Source: an uncultured Actinomycetota bacterium (GTDB taxonomy: Bacteria > Actinomycetota > Actinomycetes > Propionibacteriales > Propionibacteriaceae). From it: a stretch of DNA of 24,000 bases. Position 1 is the first letter of the stretch. Each line of letters begins with the position of its first letter. Position numbers and translations under genes: made by a program. The stretch spans positions 301,458-325,457 of the forward strand of contig OY969929.1 in the NCBI GenBank assembly GCA_963704665.1. Direction: 5' to 3'. The notes below the pieces were generated by a model, which saw nothing but the letters and a program-made list of their open reading frames with translations, did not search any database and had not been told where the DNA came from. Shown piece after piece: positions 7,562-15,421 of the stretch.

Positions 7562-7612
7562 TCGCAACTCGTGATGCGTAGGTCGAGAGTTCGAATCTCT
7601 TAGGTGGCCCCA
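7562..7612 (+). repeat. degenerate direct repeat of the 3' half of tRNA-Thr (att-type island boundary)
   Basis: 7567-7612 is ACTCGTGATGCGTAGGTCGAGAGTTCGAATCTCTTAGGTGGCCCCA. The tRNA at 894-939 is ACTCGTAATGCGTAGGTCGAGAGTTCGATTCTCTCAGGCGGCCCCA. That gives ~41/46 identity, and no 5' half is present. Confidence 0.85.
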
Positions 7613-7692
7613 GTGAAAGGCCTAGCCGGAGGGCCTTGCTCCGCACGCATCGGTCATTCTCCATCGGACCGGCAGCCACGGCGCCAGCTGGC

Positions 7693-8045
7693 TCACTCGG
7701 AGTCGTCATCGAACAACCGTCTTATCCGAACGGCGGCAGCTCGGAACAGGTCTGGTGAGACGTGGCCGGAGGTGTTGAGCGTGACGCTGATCTGCGAGTG
7801 CCCCAGGGTCGGCATGACGACCCGAGCCGGTACTCCTTGGCTCAGCATCAACGCCACCGGCCGTGTGCCGAAGGTCGTCGCGCAGGACCCGCCGAAGTCC
7901 TGCACCATCGAGCAGCGCCATAGCCCTCCCAGCTCCTGGGCCTCACGACGCGGCCTGAGCGCATCAACGACAGAGTCGTGCAGCGGGATAGGACGGCGGG
8001 AGCGGGCAGTCTGGGGCTCGACCGGCTCGAGACCATGGCCCGAGC
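7693..8045 (-). pseudogene. tyrosine recombinase (integrase) C-terminal fragment, frameshifted, N-terminus replaced by IS3 relic
   Basis: Minus-strand translation: ..EPQTARSRRPIPLHDSVVDALRPRR..ALMLSQGVPARVVMPTLGHSQISVTLNTSGHVSPDL..* (stop 7693-7695). The box ..LRRVLRDDLRHTA.. is in another frame (track ORF 7706-7921). The catalytic Tyr position reads SGH rather than YSH. Confidence 0.75.
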
Positions 8046-8313
8046 GGTACTGGAGCACCTGTTGGCCCGCTCCAGCTCGGCGTTCTCCAGCGGCAGCCGT
8101 TTCAGCTCAGCCGACTCCTCCGACGCGGCGCCCGGGCGACGGCCCGCGTCGACCTCGCCCGCCGGACCCACCTGCGGATCGTCTCGGCCGCACCAATCCG
8201 GAGCAACCGGGCGACCTCGCTCATCGCCGCCCCCTCCGACTCGTGATCACCGGCCATCTCGACGACCATCCGACCGCCCGCTCACGCAACTCGGGCGGAT
8301 ACCTCTTGGGCGT
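8046..8313 (-). mobile_element. IS3-family OrfA (HTH/leucine-zipper transposase subunit) relic with several frameshifts
   Basis: The minus strand gives T-PKRYPPELRERAV | MVVEMAGDHESEGAAMSEVARLLRIGAAETIRRWVR | VDAGRRPGAASEESAELKRLPLENAELERAN in three different frames. The expected ATG reads ACG (8311-8313). No OrfB or DDE domain follows. Confidence 0.65.
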
Positions 8314-8498
8314 GCTTCCGGCCTTGACTCCAACCTCTCGACAACGGGAGGCTGCGGACACGCGGGTGCGGCTCACGAGTACCAGGTGTACGCGATCAGG
8401 ATCCCCTCACCGACGCCGAGCTGGTACAGATCTCCTGTCCACAGCATCCCTCGCCCGCCGCGCCCGGGGTCGAGTTCCTCGGGCATCCGACGGCGATG

Positions 8499-9569
8499 TC
8501 AGCCGGGGCGGAGGTCAGGAACGGCCCACAGCCCGCCAGACGCCGGGAACAGCACACCAGTCCGGTCGCCCGGCCGGAGGACAGTACCGAAGTGGGCTTG
8601 AACCTCCACTCTCGCTCGGCCGCCGTCACCAGTTGTGTCGAATTCCACGACGACATCGTGGTGCGGCCCAGACTGGCGGACCTGCACGACCAGCCCCTCG
8701 CGTGCAGTCGCCGTGCCAGGAGGAACGAGGGCAAGACGTTCTTTGCGAGCCAGAAGGATGGAAGGTCCGGCAACCTGCGCCGACGGCGGAACGGCGAACG
8801 TTCCCAGGGGTGAGTGGTGGACCCCGGAGCGGACGGTTCCGGGTAGCTCGTTGAACCCGCCCACCAGCCGGGCAACGGCCAACGTCCTCGGTGTCGTGTA
8901 AAGAGCCTGGACGCGGTCGAACTGCTCGATCCTACCGGCCACGAGCACGGCGACGCGTTCAGCCATCGCGGCTTCGTCGAGGTCATGGGTCACCATGACG
9001 ACCGTCGGGTCGAGGGCAGCACGGACCTCGGCGAGAAGCTGGTGCATCGAACTCCGCAGGGCGGTGTCGAGGGCACTGAACGGCTCGTCGAGCAGCATCA
9101 CCCGGGGGCGGGCGGCCAGAGCCCGGGCCAGGGCGACGCGCTGTTCCTGGCCACCGGACAGTTGCCCGGCCCGGCGACGACTGAGGTCCCCGAGCTCGAC
9201 CAGATCGAGGTACCTCTGAGCAGCCGCCCGGCGTTGAGACCGACTCCGACCCCGCAACCGGTCCGCGAAGGCCACGTTGTCCAGCACGCTGAGGTGCGGG
9301 AAGAGAAGCGGCTTCTGAAACATCACGGTCAGGTCGCGCCGCTCCGGTGGCACGCCGAGCATGCTCACCCCGTCGAGCAGCACGTCACCCGACGTGGCCG
9401 GCTCCAGGCCGGCGACGACCCGGAGGAGGGTCGACTTGCCGGACCCGGAGGGTCCGAGCACCGCGATCATCTCGCTGGCCCTGACGTCGAGACTGACGTC
9501 AGCCAGCGTCGGTCGCTCGTCGCCGCGGTAGTGATGGGTGATCGAGGCCAGGTCCAGGGGGGCGGTCAT
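8499..9569 (-). CDS. ABC transporter ATP-binding protein (YnjD/PotA/FbpC-like, with C-terminal TOBE-like domain)
   Basis: The start MTAPLDL (cat 9567-9569) overlaps the permease stop (ATGA). Motifs: Walker A GPSGSGKST, signature LSGGQEQRVALARAL, Walker B VMLLDEPFSALD, H-loop MVTHD. Confidence 0.9.
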   Translation of the reverse strand: MTAPLDLASITHHYRGDERPTLADVSLDVRASEMIAVLGPSGSGKSTLLRVVAGLEPATSGDVLLDGVSMLGVPPERRDLTVMFQKPLLFPHLSVLDNVAFADRLRGRSRSQRRAAAQRYLDLVELGDLSRRRAGQLSGGQEQRVALARALAARPRVMLLDEPFSALDTALRSSMHQLLAEVRAALDPTVVMVTHDLDEAAMAERVAVLVAGRIEQFDRVQALYTTPRTLAVARLVGGFNELPGTVRSGVHHSPLGTFAVPPSAQVAGPSILLARKERLALVPPGTATAREGLVVQVRQSGPHHDVVVEFDTTGDGGRARVEVQAHFGTVLRPGDRTGVLFPASGGLWAVPDLRPG

Positions 9570-10381
9570 CTGGACGCTGCCGTCGGACGACGCACGACGC
9601 AGGCGAAGACGGCCAGCGCCAGCAGCGGGGGCAGGCTGGCGGCGACGGACAGGGCCGCGATGAGCGGGTTGTTGCCGGATCCAGCCGCAGCGGCGCCGAT
9701 CAGCATGGGCATGGTGAGGATCTGACCGCCGCCGATGAGCAAGGTGACGGCGTAATCGCTCCATCCGACGAGGAACGCCAAGCCGACGCTTGCCACGAGA
9801 CCGGTGCTGGCGGCCGGAAGAGTGACATGCCAGCGGGCCTGCCGAGGGCTCGCGCCGAGCACTCGGGCCTGCTCCTCCAGCGCCGGGTCCAGGCGCAGAT
9901 AGGTGGCCCGCATGGTGAAGGTGGTGTACGGCAACGCGAACACGCTCAGGACCAGCACGACGGCGGCCTCACCCGGCACTCCCAGACGTAGGGTGACGAC
10001 GTCGAACCCCATGGCGACCGCGTACGGGGCCAGCACGACCGGGCCGAGCAGGACGACCGCCGGCAGTGCGGGACGGCGGACCAGGCGCCATCCCAGCGCA
10101 CGACCCGCGGCGGCCCCGAGGGGAGTGGCAACGAGGGCGACGGATACGCCCAGCAGCCCCGACCGGACCAGTGCGGCGATGGCACCCGAGTCCAGGGCCT
10201 CTTCCCAACCACGCAGTCCGAGGTCCTGCGGTAGCCGCGCAACCCCCGACCAGCGGGAGGTGCCGGCCCACAGCAGCAGCGGGGTCAAGGGGACCAGGAG
10301 CCAACCCAGCAGCAAAGCCGAGAGCAGCAGCTGCTGTGGTTGGACCTCCGTACGCCGGCGGCCGGCCAACGGGCTGGTCAC
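9566..10381 (-). CDS. ABC transporter permease (second membrane component)
   Basis: GTG 10379-10381 overlaps the upstream permease stop (GTGA). A multi-TM protein with an EAA-like loop, ..LDPALEEQARVLGASPRQARWHVTLP... Confidence 0.85.
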   Translation of the reverse strand: MTSPLAGRRRTEVQPQQLLLSALLLGWLLVPLTPLLLWAGTSRWSGVARLPQDLGLRGWEEALDSGAIAALVRSGLLGVSVALVATPLGAAAGRALGWRLVRRPALPAVVLLGPVVLAPYAVAMGFDVVTLRLGVPGEAAVVLVLSVFALPYTTFTMRATYLRLDPALEEQARVLGASPRQARWHVTLPAASTGLVASVGLAFLVGWSDYAVTLLIGGGQILTMPMLIGAAAAGSGNNPLIAALSVAASLPPLLALAVFACVVRRPTAASR

Positions 10382-11268
10382 CGGTCGACACCCAGCCGAT
10401 TCACCCAGGGAACGGCGAGCAACGTCGCGCACAGGGCCAGCCCGGTACCGACCACGGCGGTGGCGGCCGCCTGGGGTCGGGCGGCGATGTCGATATCGGT
10501 GAAGAGCCGGTAGGCCATCACCGGGAGCGGCTCAGGGTAGGCGCGGCCGAGTAACCGTGGCACTTCGTAGTTGCCGAGCGAGAAGAGGAACACGATCAAC
10601 GAGGTGGACGCCATCGCGGGTAACGCCAGCGGCAGCAGCACCCATCGCCACTGCGCAGCGGGAGCAGCGCCGAGCACCGCCGCCACTTCCCGCAGATCCG
10701 CGTACCGTGGCCCCACCGAGGCGACGATGACCAGGGCGACGAAGGCCGACTCCTTCCAGGCCAGCTCGATCACCGTGGCCCAGGGCCATGGCCCGCCGAC
10801 CAGCTCGGGCCAGGGCGTGCCCCGAGCCCCGAACCAGCGCTGGGCCAGGCCAGAATCAGAGAGCAGCAGCCCGGTCGTGACCGCACCGATCAGGTGCGGG
10901 ACGGTCAATACGGCGATGGCCAGCCCGAGTAGCAGTCGTCGGCCACGAACCGCGCAGAGCAGGACCGTGGCCAGGGTGAGACCGATCACCGCAGCCAGCA
11001 CAGTGGCGCCAGTGGACGCGAGCAGCGACTCGTGGGTGGCCACCCACAGGTCCCGGGCCTGGGTGGTGAAACCCTCGGCGCTCAGCCGAGGTTGCCCCAC
11101 CAGGGGCAACAACCCCAGACTCGTCGCCACGATCGCGACCAACGACGTGCCGGTCACCGTCACCACCAGCAGGACTGCCGGTACGACGAGATGGGCCTGG
11201 CCGAACGCCCTGTGGGCTCGCAGATCCCCAGCCCGCAGATCCGACGTACGGACGGGTGGCAGGTTCAC
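10378..11268 (-). CDS. ABC transporter permease (first membrane component)
   Basis: GTG 11266-11268 overlaps the SBP stop (GTGA). Six predicted TM helices. The EAA-like loop reads ..YADLREVAAVLGAAPAAQWRWVLLPL... Confidence 0.85.
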   Translation of the reverse strand: MNLPPVRTSDLRAGDLRAHRAFGQAHLVVPAVLLVVTVTGTSLVAIVATSLGLLPLVGQPRLSAEGFTTQARDLWVATHESLLASTGATVLAAVIGLTLATVLLCAVRGRRLLLGLAIAVLTVPHLIGAVTTGLLLSDSGLAQRWFGARGTPWPELVGGPWPWATVIELAWKESAFVALVIVASVGPRYADLREVAAVLGAAPAAQWRWVLLPLALPAMASTSLIVFLFSLGNYEVPRLLGRAYPEPLPVMAYRLFTDIDIAARPQAAATAVVGTGLALCATLLAVPWVNRLGVDR

Positions 11269-12506
11269 GATCCGGCTCCGAGCACATTCCTGCGCCAGCC
11301 GGCATCCAGCTTCGACACCCAGGACGAGGCCAGCTCGGGGTTGGCGTCCTGGGAGAGGACGTCGTAGGTCGGTACCACATCAGAGGTAGGAAGGCGTTCG
11401 AATCGCGCCTGGTCTGTGGGGGTCAGTCGACTGGTGTCGAGCACCGTGAACTGTCCCCAGGTGTCGGGATCGGCCTTGAGCGACTGCTGCTGGGGTGACA
11501 GGGCCAGGTTCGCCACCACCATCGCGCCCTCGGGGTCGCCCGCAGAGGAGGGAACGGCCAGGAAGCTGGCGTTCCCGAGGGTCCCCTCATCCAGGGGTAG
11601 CACCCGGGTGGTCTTCGGGAATGTGCCGTCCGCCACGAGCTTGGTGAGGGTCGCCGGCCCGTACGTCATGGTCATGTCGACCTGCCCGTCGGCGTAGAGC
11701 CGGTCCAGCGCGACCGCATCCCGGGGATAGGTCCCGCCCTGCCGCCACAACGATGGCTTGACTTCATCCAGCGCGTCCCAGAGGCCGGGGGTGAGCTGGT
11801 CGTAAGCGTCTTGGTCGAACTGCGCCGGGATCTTCGCATAACCGCCCGAGGTGGAGTAGAACACCCCGCGCAGGAACGCCGAGCCGGTGAAATCGGGCGG
11901 AGCAGGGTAGGTGAAGCGCCCGGGGTGGTCCTTCGCCCACTGCAGCACGCCTGACATCGACGTCGGTGGCGCGTCGACCCGCGCCGTGTCGTAGACCAAG
12001 GTGAACTGGGCCTTGTGCCACGGGGCCTCGCATCCCCCGACCTCGGTCCCGAAGTCCTGGCTGACCAGGGTGTCGTCGGGCGCGACGTAGGTCATGTTCG
12101 GCAGCAGAGAGGACCAGCCGCAGCGCCAGGCGTCGGCTTGCTTCCCGGTCGCGAAGTTGTCGCCGTTGACCCACACCAGGTCCACCGAGCCAGCGTCGGT
12201 ACCTGCCTGCCGCTCGGCCAGGATCCGGATCATGGCGTCGGAGGTGTCGGCCACCGGGACCCGCCGCAGGGTCACACCGAGCTTCGCCGCGGCCGGGACG
12301 AGGTCGTCGTCGACGTAGGCATTGCCCTGCTGGTCCCCGCCGTACATCCACAGGTCGACGGTCTGGCCCTGCGCCTGCTCGGAGATCTGGGACCAGGAGC
12401 GGGTCTCGGCCCCGGAGCCCACCGGTCGATCCGGTGCTGCGCAGGCCGAGACAGCCCATCCGAACAGTGCGGCAGCGAGAATGCATCGGGCCCGGCGGGC
12501 GGCCAT
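11265..12506 (-). CDS. ABC transporter substrate-binding lipoprotein, YnjB-type
   Basis: ATG 12504-12506 follows GGAGG (4-nt spacing). Lipobox VSAC. Blocks GQTVDLWMYGGD, GSVDLVWVNGDNF, HPGRFTYPAPPDFTGSAFL and VVANLALSPQQQ..KADP..WG resemble my recollection of the E. coli YnjB family. Needs HMM confirmation. Confidence 0.8.
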   Translation of the reverse strand: MAARRARCILAAALFGWAVSACAAPDRPVGSGAETRSWSQISEQAQGQTVDLWMYGGDQQGNAYVDDDLVPAAAKLGVTLRRVPVADTSDAMIRILAERQAGTDAGSVDLVWVNGDNFATGKQADAWRCGWSSLLPNMTYVAPDDTLVSQDFGTEVGGCEAPWHKAQFTLVYDTARVDAPPTSMSGVLQWAKDHPGRFTYPAPPDFTGSAFLRGVFYSTSGGYAKIPAQFDQDAYDQLTPGLWDALDEVKPSLWRQGGTYPRDAVALDRLYADGQVDMTMTYGPATLTKLVADGTFPKTTRVLPLDEGTLGNASFLAVPSSAGDPEGAMVVANLALSPQQQSLKADPDTWGQFTVLDTSRLTPTDQARFERLPTSDVVPTYDVLSQDANPELASSWVSKLDAGWRRNVLGAGS

Positions 12507-12609
12507 TGAACCTCCAGAGCGAAGAAGATGTCAGGTCGGGAACACTTCAGGAGGTCAGGGACTTCCCGTGGCAGGACCTTCCTCGTGCATCGTGACGTCA
12601 GGATCACTC

Positions 12610-13275
12610 ATGGAAAGAGCAATGCTGGTCAAGACAGGCGTTCTCGCGCTCATCATTGTCGGAGCGGTTGCGCTCGCATTGGTGTTCGGCACACCGGACA
12701 TCGAGGCGCTGAGGACGCGTGTCGAGGCAGCGGGAGCGTGGGGGCCGGCTCTGTTCTTCGCCCTCTACGTGGGGCTCTCCCTCGTTCCCTGCCCCAAAGC
12801 ACTCCTCACTGCTAGCGGAGGAGCACTGTTCGGGCTGGCCGCCGGTGCCGGGCTGTCTCTCAGCGCTGCCCTGATCGGGGCGGTCATCTCCTTCGGATTC
12901 GGGCGACTGCTCGGACGGGAGACCGTTGACCGGCTGATTCGAGGACGCTTGGCGCGGGTCGATGGACTCCTGAGGGACCGCGGTCTGTCTGCGGTCCTCC
13001 TCGTCCGCCTGGTGCCGTTGGTGCCCTATCTCGCGATCAACTACGCCTCGGGGCTCTCGGGGGTGAAGTTCCGCCACTTCGCGCTCGGGAGCGCACTGGG
13101 AATGGTGCCCGGGAGCCTCGCCTACGCGGCGCTCGGCGCGTACGGGACGAATCCCTGGGGCCTGGCCGCAGCCGGCTCGGCCTTGATCGTGCTCGCGGTC
13201 GGTGGGTCCTGGTTCGCGCGTCGGTTGGGGTCTCGCCACGGGGGCGTGACGGCCGCGAAGCGGGGCCATGCTTGA
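12610..13275 (+). CDS. TVP38/TMEM64 (DedA-superfamily, SNARE-associated PF09335-like) membrane protein
   Basis: ATG 12610. A multi-TM protein with the motifs ..LVPCPKALLTASGGALFGLAAGAGLS.. and ..LVRLVPLVPYLAINYASGLSGV.., typical of YdjX/YdjZ-type proteins. Confidence 0.85.
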   Translation: MERAMLVKTGVLALIIVGAVALALVFGTPDIEALRTRVEAAGAWGPALFFALYVGLSLVPCPKALLTASGGALFGLAAGAGLSLSAALIGAVISFGFGRLLGRETVDRLIRGRLARVDGLLRDRGLSAVLLVRLVPLVPYLAINYASGLSGVKFRHFALGSALGMVPGSLAYAALGAYGTNPWGLAAAGSALIVLAVGGSWFARRLGSRHGGVTAAKRGHA

Positions 13276-13975
13276 CACTGCGGCTCGACGGGTCCTGGAT
13301 CGGCCGTTGTCCGAGCTCGCGCGCCTGATCGACCGACCTTTCGTCAGCCCGAACGCGCTGACCCTGCTCGGCCTGGCGGCTGGGTTGGCCAGTGCTGCGA
13401 CCGCCGCATCGCAGGCGTGGTGGTGGTCCTTGGGGCTGTGGCTGTTGTCCCGGGCGATGGATGGACTCGACGGTCCTCTTGCTCGCCGACGCCGCGCCGC
13501 CGACGACGCCACGGAGGCGCGACGGTCGTCGGCCGGCGGCTTCCTCGACATCACCGCCGACATCACCGTGTACGGCGTGACCGTGGTCGGAGTCGCCATC
13601 GGGGCCACCCGGCAGTACGACGCGGCGTGGTTGCCCTTCCTGCTGGTCCTGTTGGCCTACTACGTGAACGGAGCAGCGTTCCTGGCCTTCTCCTCCATAG
13701 CCGAGCGGACCGGGCGCCAACGCGACGATGGTCGCTCTCTGAGCTTCCTCGGCGGACTGGCGGAGGGCGTCGAGACCATTGCCGTGCACTCTTTGTGGTT
13801 GGTTCTCCCCGGCCACGCCGAGATCATCGCCACGGTATGGGCCGCCTTCGTCGGGTTGAGCGCTGTCCAGCGGATCGTGGCCGGATTCAAGGACCTGTCC
13901 TCATCGACGGCACCCGACGCTCCCGCGCCTTGCTGTCGCACGTCAGCGTCCGCTGCTGACCCGCCACCTCCGTAG
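13268..13975 (+). CDS. CDP-alcohol phosphatidyltransferase family protein (YnjF-like)
   Basis: ATG 13268 overlaps the upstream stop by 8 nt. The signature D-x2-DG-x2-AR...G-x3-D-x3-D is present as AMDGLDGPLARRR...GGFLDITADITVY. Multi-TM. Confidence 0.85.
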   Translation: MLDTAARRVLDRPLSELARLIDRPFVSPNALTLLGLAAGLASAATAASQAWWWSLGLWLLSRAMDGLDGPLARRRRAADDATEARRSSAGGFLDITADITVYGVTVVGVAIGATRQYDAAWLPFLLVLLAYYVNGAAFLAFSSIAERTGRQRDDGRSLSFLGGLAEGVETIAVHSLWLVLPGHAEIIATVWAAFVGLSAVQRIVAGFKDLSSSTAPDAPAPCCRTSASAADPPPP

Positions 13976-15421
13976 CCGGGCCAGCACGCCCAGGGCACCG
14001 TGGGTGGCCGGACGGGCGAGTTGATCCTGCACGTCAGAAATCGCTGCGTTCCACGGGCCGTCGTTGTAGGTGGGGTACGCGTGGGTCACGCGAGCGAGAT
14101 CACGGGTCGTGAGGCCGCGGCTGATCGCGAGCGCCATCTCGGCCAGGGTCTCCCCGGCGCGTGGTCCGACCACGGTCGCCCCGAGAACCCGACCGTGCTT
14201 GTCGATGACGAGTCGGGTGAAACCGCTGGTCGCGCGCTCCGTCACCGCCCGGTCGACATGGGAGTGGGGCCAGTCGACCGTATGCAGCCCGCGTGGTGCC
14301 CGAGCAGTCTCGAGGCCGACCGCAGCCACTTCTGGATCGGTGAACGTGACCCGGGGCACCACCGTCAGGTCGACCGTGCGGCGCACCCCGAGGATGGCGT
14401 TCGACGCGGCGAGGCTCGCGTGCACACCGGCGGTGTGGGTGAACTGAGGGTGACCAGTGAGGTCGCCTGCCGCCCAGACATGGTGGTTGCTGCTGCGCAG
14501 ATGAGCGTCAACCATCACGAATCCGCGGTCGTCGACGGCCACACCCGCGGCGCTCAAACCGAGATCGTCGGTACGAGGTGTTCGACCCACCGCCACGAGG
14601 AGGCAGGAGAACGCGATCTCCTGGCCGCTTTCCAGGTGCAGCACCCCGGAGGCTGGACCGTCGGGTCGGACCTTCGTGACACCGGAGCCGGTGTAGATGT
14701 CGACACCGTCGGCGATCAATGAGCGGGTGAGTTCGGCTGCCGCTCGGGGGTCTTCGCGCGGCAGGATCCGGTCCGCGCCCTCGACGACTGAGACCGAGCT
14801 TCCGAGGCGAGCGAAGGCCTGACCCAACTCGCATCCGATGCTGCCGCCGCCGAGCACCACCAGATCAGCGGGAAGCTCGTCGAGTCCCCAGACGGTCTCA
14901 CTGGTCAGGAAGTCGACATCGCGGAGGCCCGGGACCGACGGCACCGCCGGTCCGGCGCCGGTAGCAACCAGTGCCTGTCGAAACCGAACGGTCGTGCCGT
15001 CCAGGTCGGCCGAGTGCGGTCCCGTGAATCGAGCGGTCGCTCGGCGGACGGTGACCGAGGCGTTCTCGAGGGCTTCGACGGAGTCGACGGGGGCGATGTG
15101 TTGGATCGTCGCGCGGACGTGGTCCATCACCTCGGCGAAGTCAACCGAGATCTCCCCGGTCCTGATGCCGAACTCGCGACTTCTGCGGGCGCTGGCGGCG
15201 ACGCCGGCCGCGGCCAGCAGCGCCTTCGACGGAACGCATCCGGTCCACAAGCAGTCACCTCCGGTGCGATCACGCTCCACCAGGAGCACGTGGGCGCCGA
15301 GCCGCGCAGCGGTCTTGGCGCCGACGATCCCGGCTGTCCCGCCTCCGACGACGAGGAAGTCCCAGGGCTCGTCCTGGGCGGCGGCGGAGTTTGCCGTCGG
15401 GCTCGACTGGTCGGCGGTCAT
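13943..15421 (-). CDS. class-I pyridine-nucleotide-disulfide oxidoreductase (FAD; Lpd/MerA-like, DedA-associated clade)
   Basis: The start MTADQSS (cat 15419-15421) overlaps the anti-sigma stop (ATGA). Motifs: FAD GxGxxG VVGGGTAGIVGA, redox CxxxxC GGDCLWTGCVPSK, NAD site VVLGGGSIGCE, and a C-terminal dimerisation domain with THAYPTYND. Confidence 0.9.
   Translation of the reverse strand: MTADQSSPTANSAAAQDEPWDFLVVGGGTAGIVGAKTAARLGAHVLLVERDRTGGDCLWTGCVPSKALLAAAGVAASARRSREFGIRTGEISVDFAEVMDHVRATIQHIAPVDSVEALENASVTVRRATARFTGPHSADLDGTTVRFRQALVATGAGPAVPSVPGLRDVDFLTSETVWGLDELPADLVVLGGGSIGCELGQAFARLGSSVSVVEGADRILPREDPRAAAELTRSLIADGVDIYTGSGVTKVRPDGPASGVLHLESGQEIAFSCLLVAVGRTPRTDDLGLSAAGVAVDDRGFVMVDAHLRSSNHHVWAAGDLTGHPQFTHTAGVHASLAASNAILGVRRTVDLTVVPRVTFTDPEVAAVGLETARAPRGLHTVDWPHSHVDRAVTERATSGFTRLVIDKHGRVLGATVVGPRAGETLAEMALAISRGLTTRDLARVTHAYPTYNDGPWNAAISDVQDQLARPATHGALGVLARLRRWRVSSGR

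Larger units (their letters stand above)
940..7612. mobile_element. degenerate tRNA-Thr-integrated genomic island carrying copper-resistance cargo (integrase inactivated)
   Basis: The island is bounded by the intact tRNA-Thr 3' end (891-939) and a ~51-nt diverged direct repeat of it (7562-7612). An integrase C-terminal remnant sits next to the tRNA. The cargo genes are functionally coherent (copper). Confidence 0.6.

Noticed and set aside
7617-7637. Hairpin AGGCC-tagccggag-GGCCT right after the displaced tRNA half, considered as a terminator.
   Set aside because: It has a 5-bp stem, a 9-nt loop and no U-tract, and there is no functional tRNA to terminate. Too weak to call.
11392-11410. tRNA T-arm-like string AGGCG-TTCGAAT-CGCGCCT, considered as a possible third att repeat of the tRNA-Thr islands.
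   Set aside because: It lies inside the SBP coding sequence. The stem is imperfect, and there is no similarity to the acceptor or anticodon parts of the tRNA-Thr repeat. Judged coincidental.
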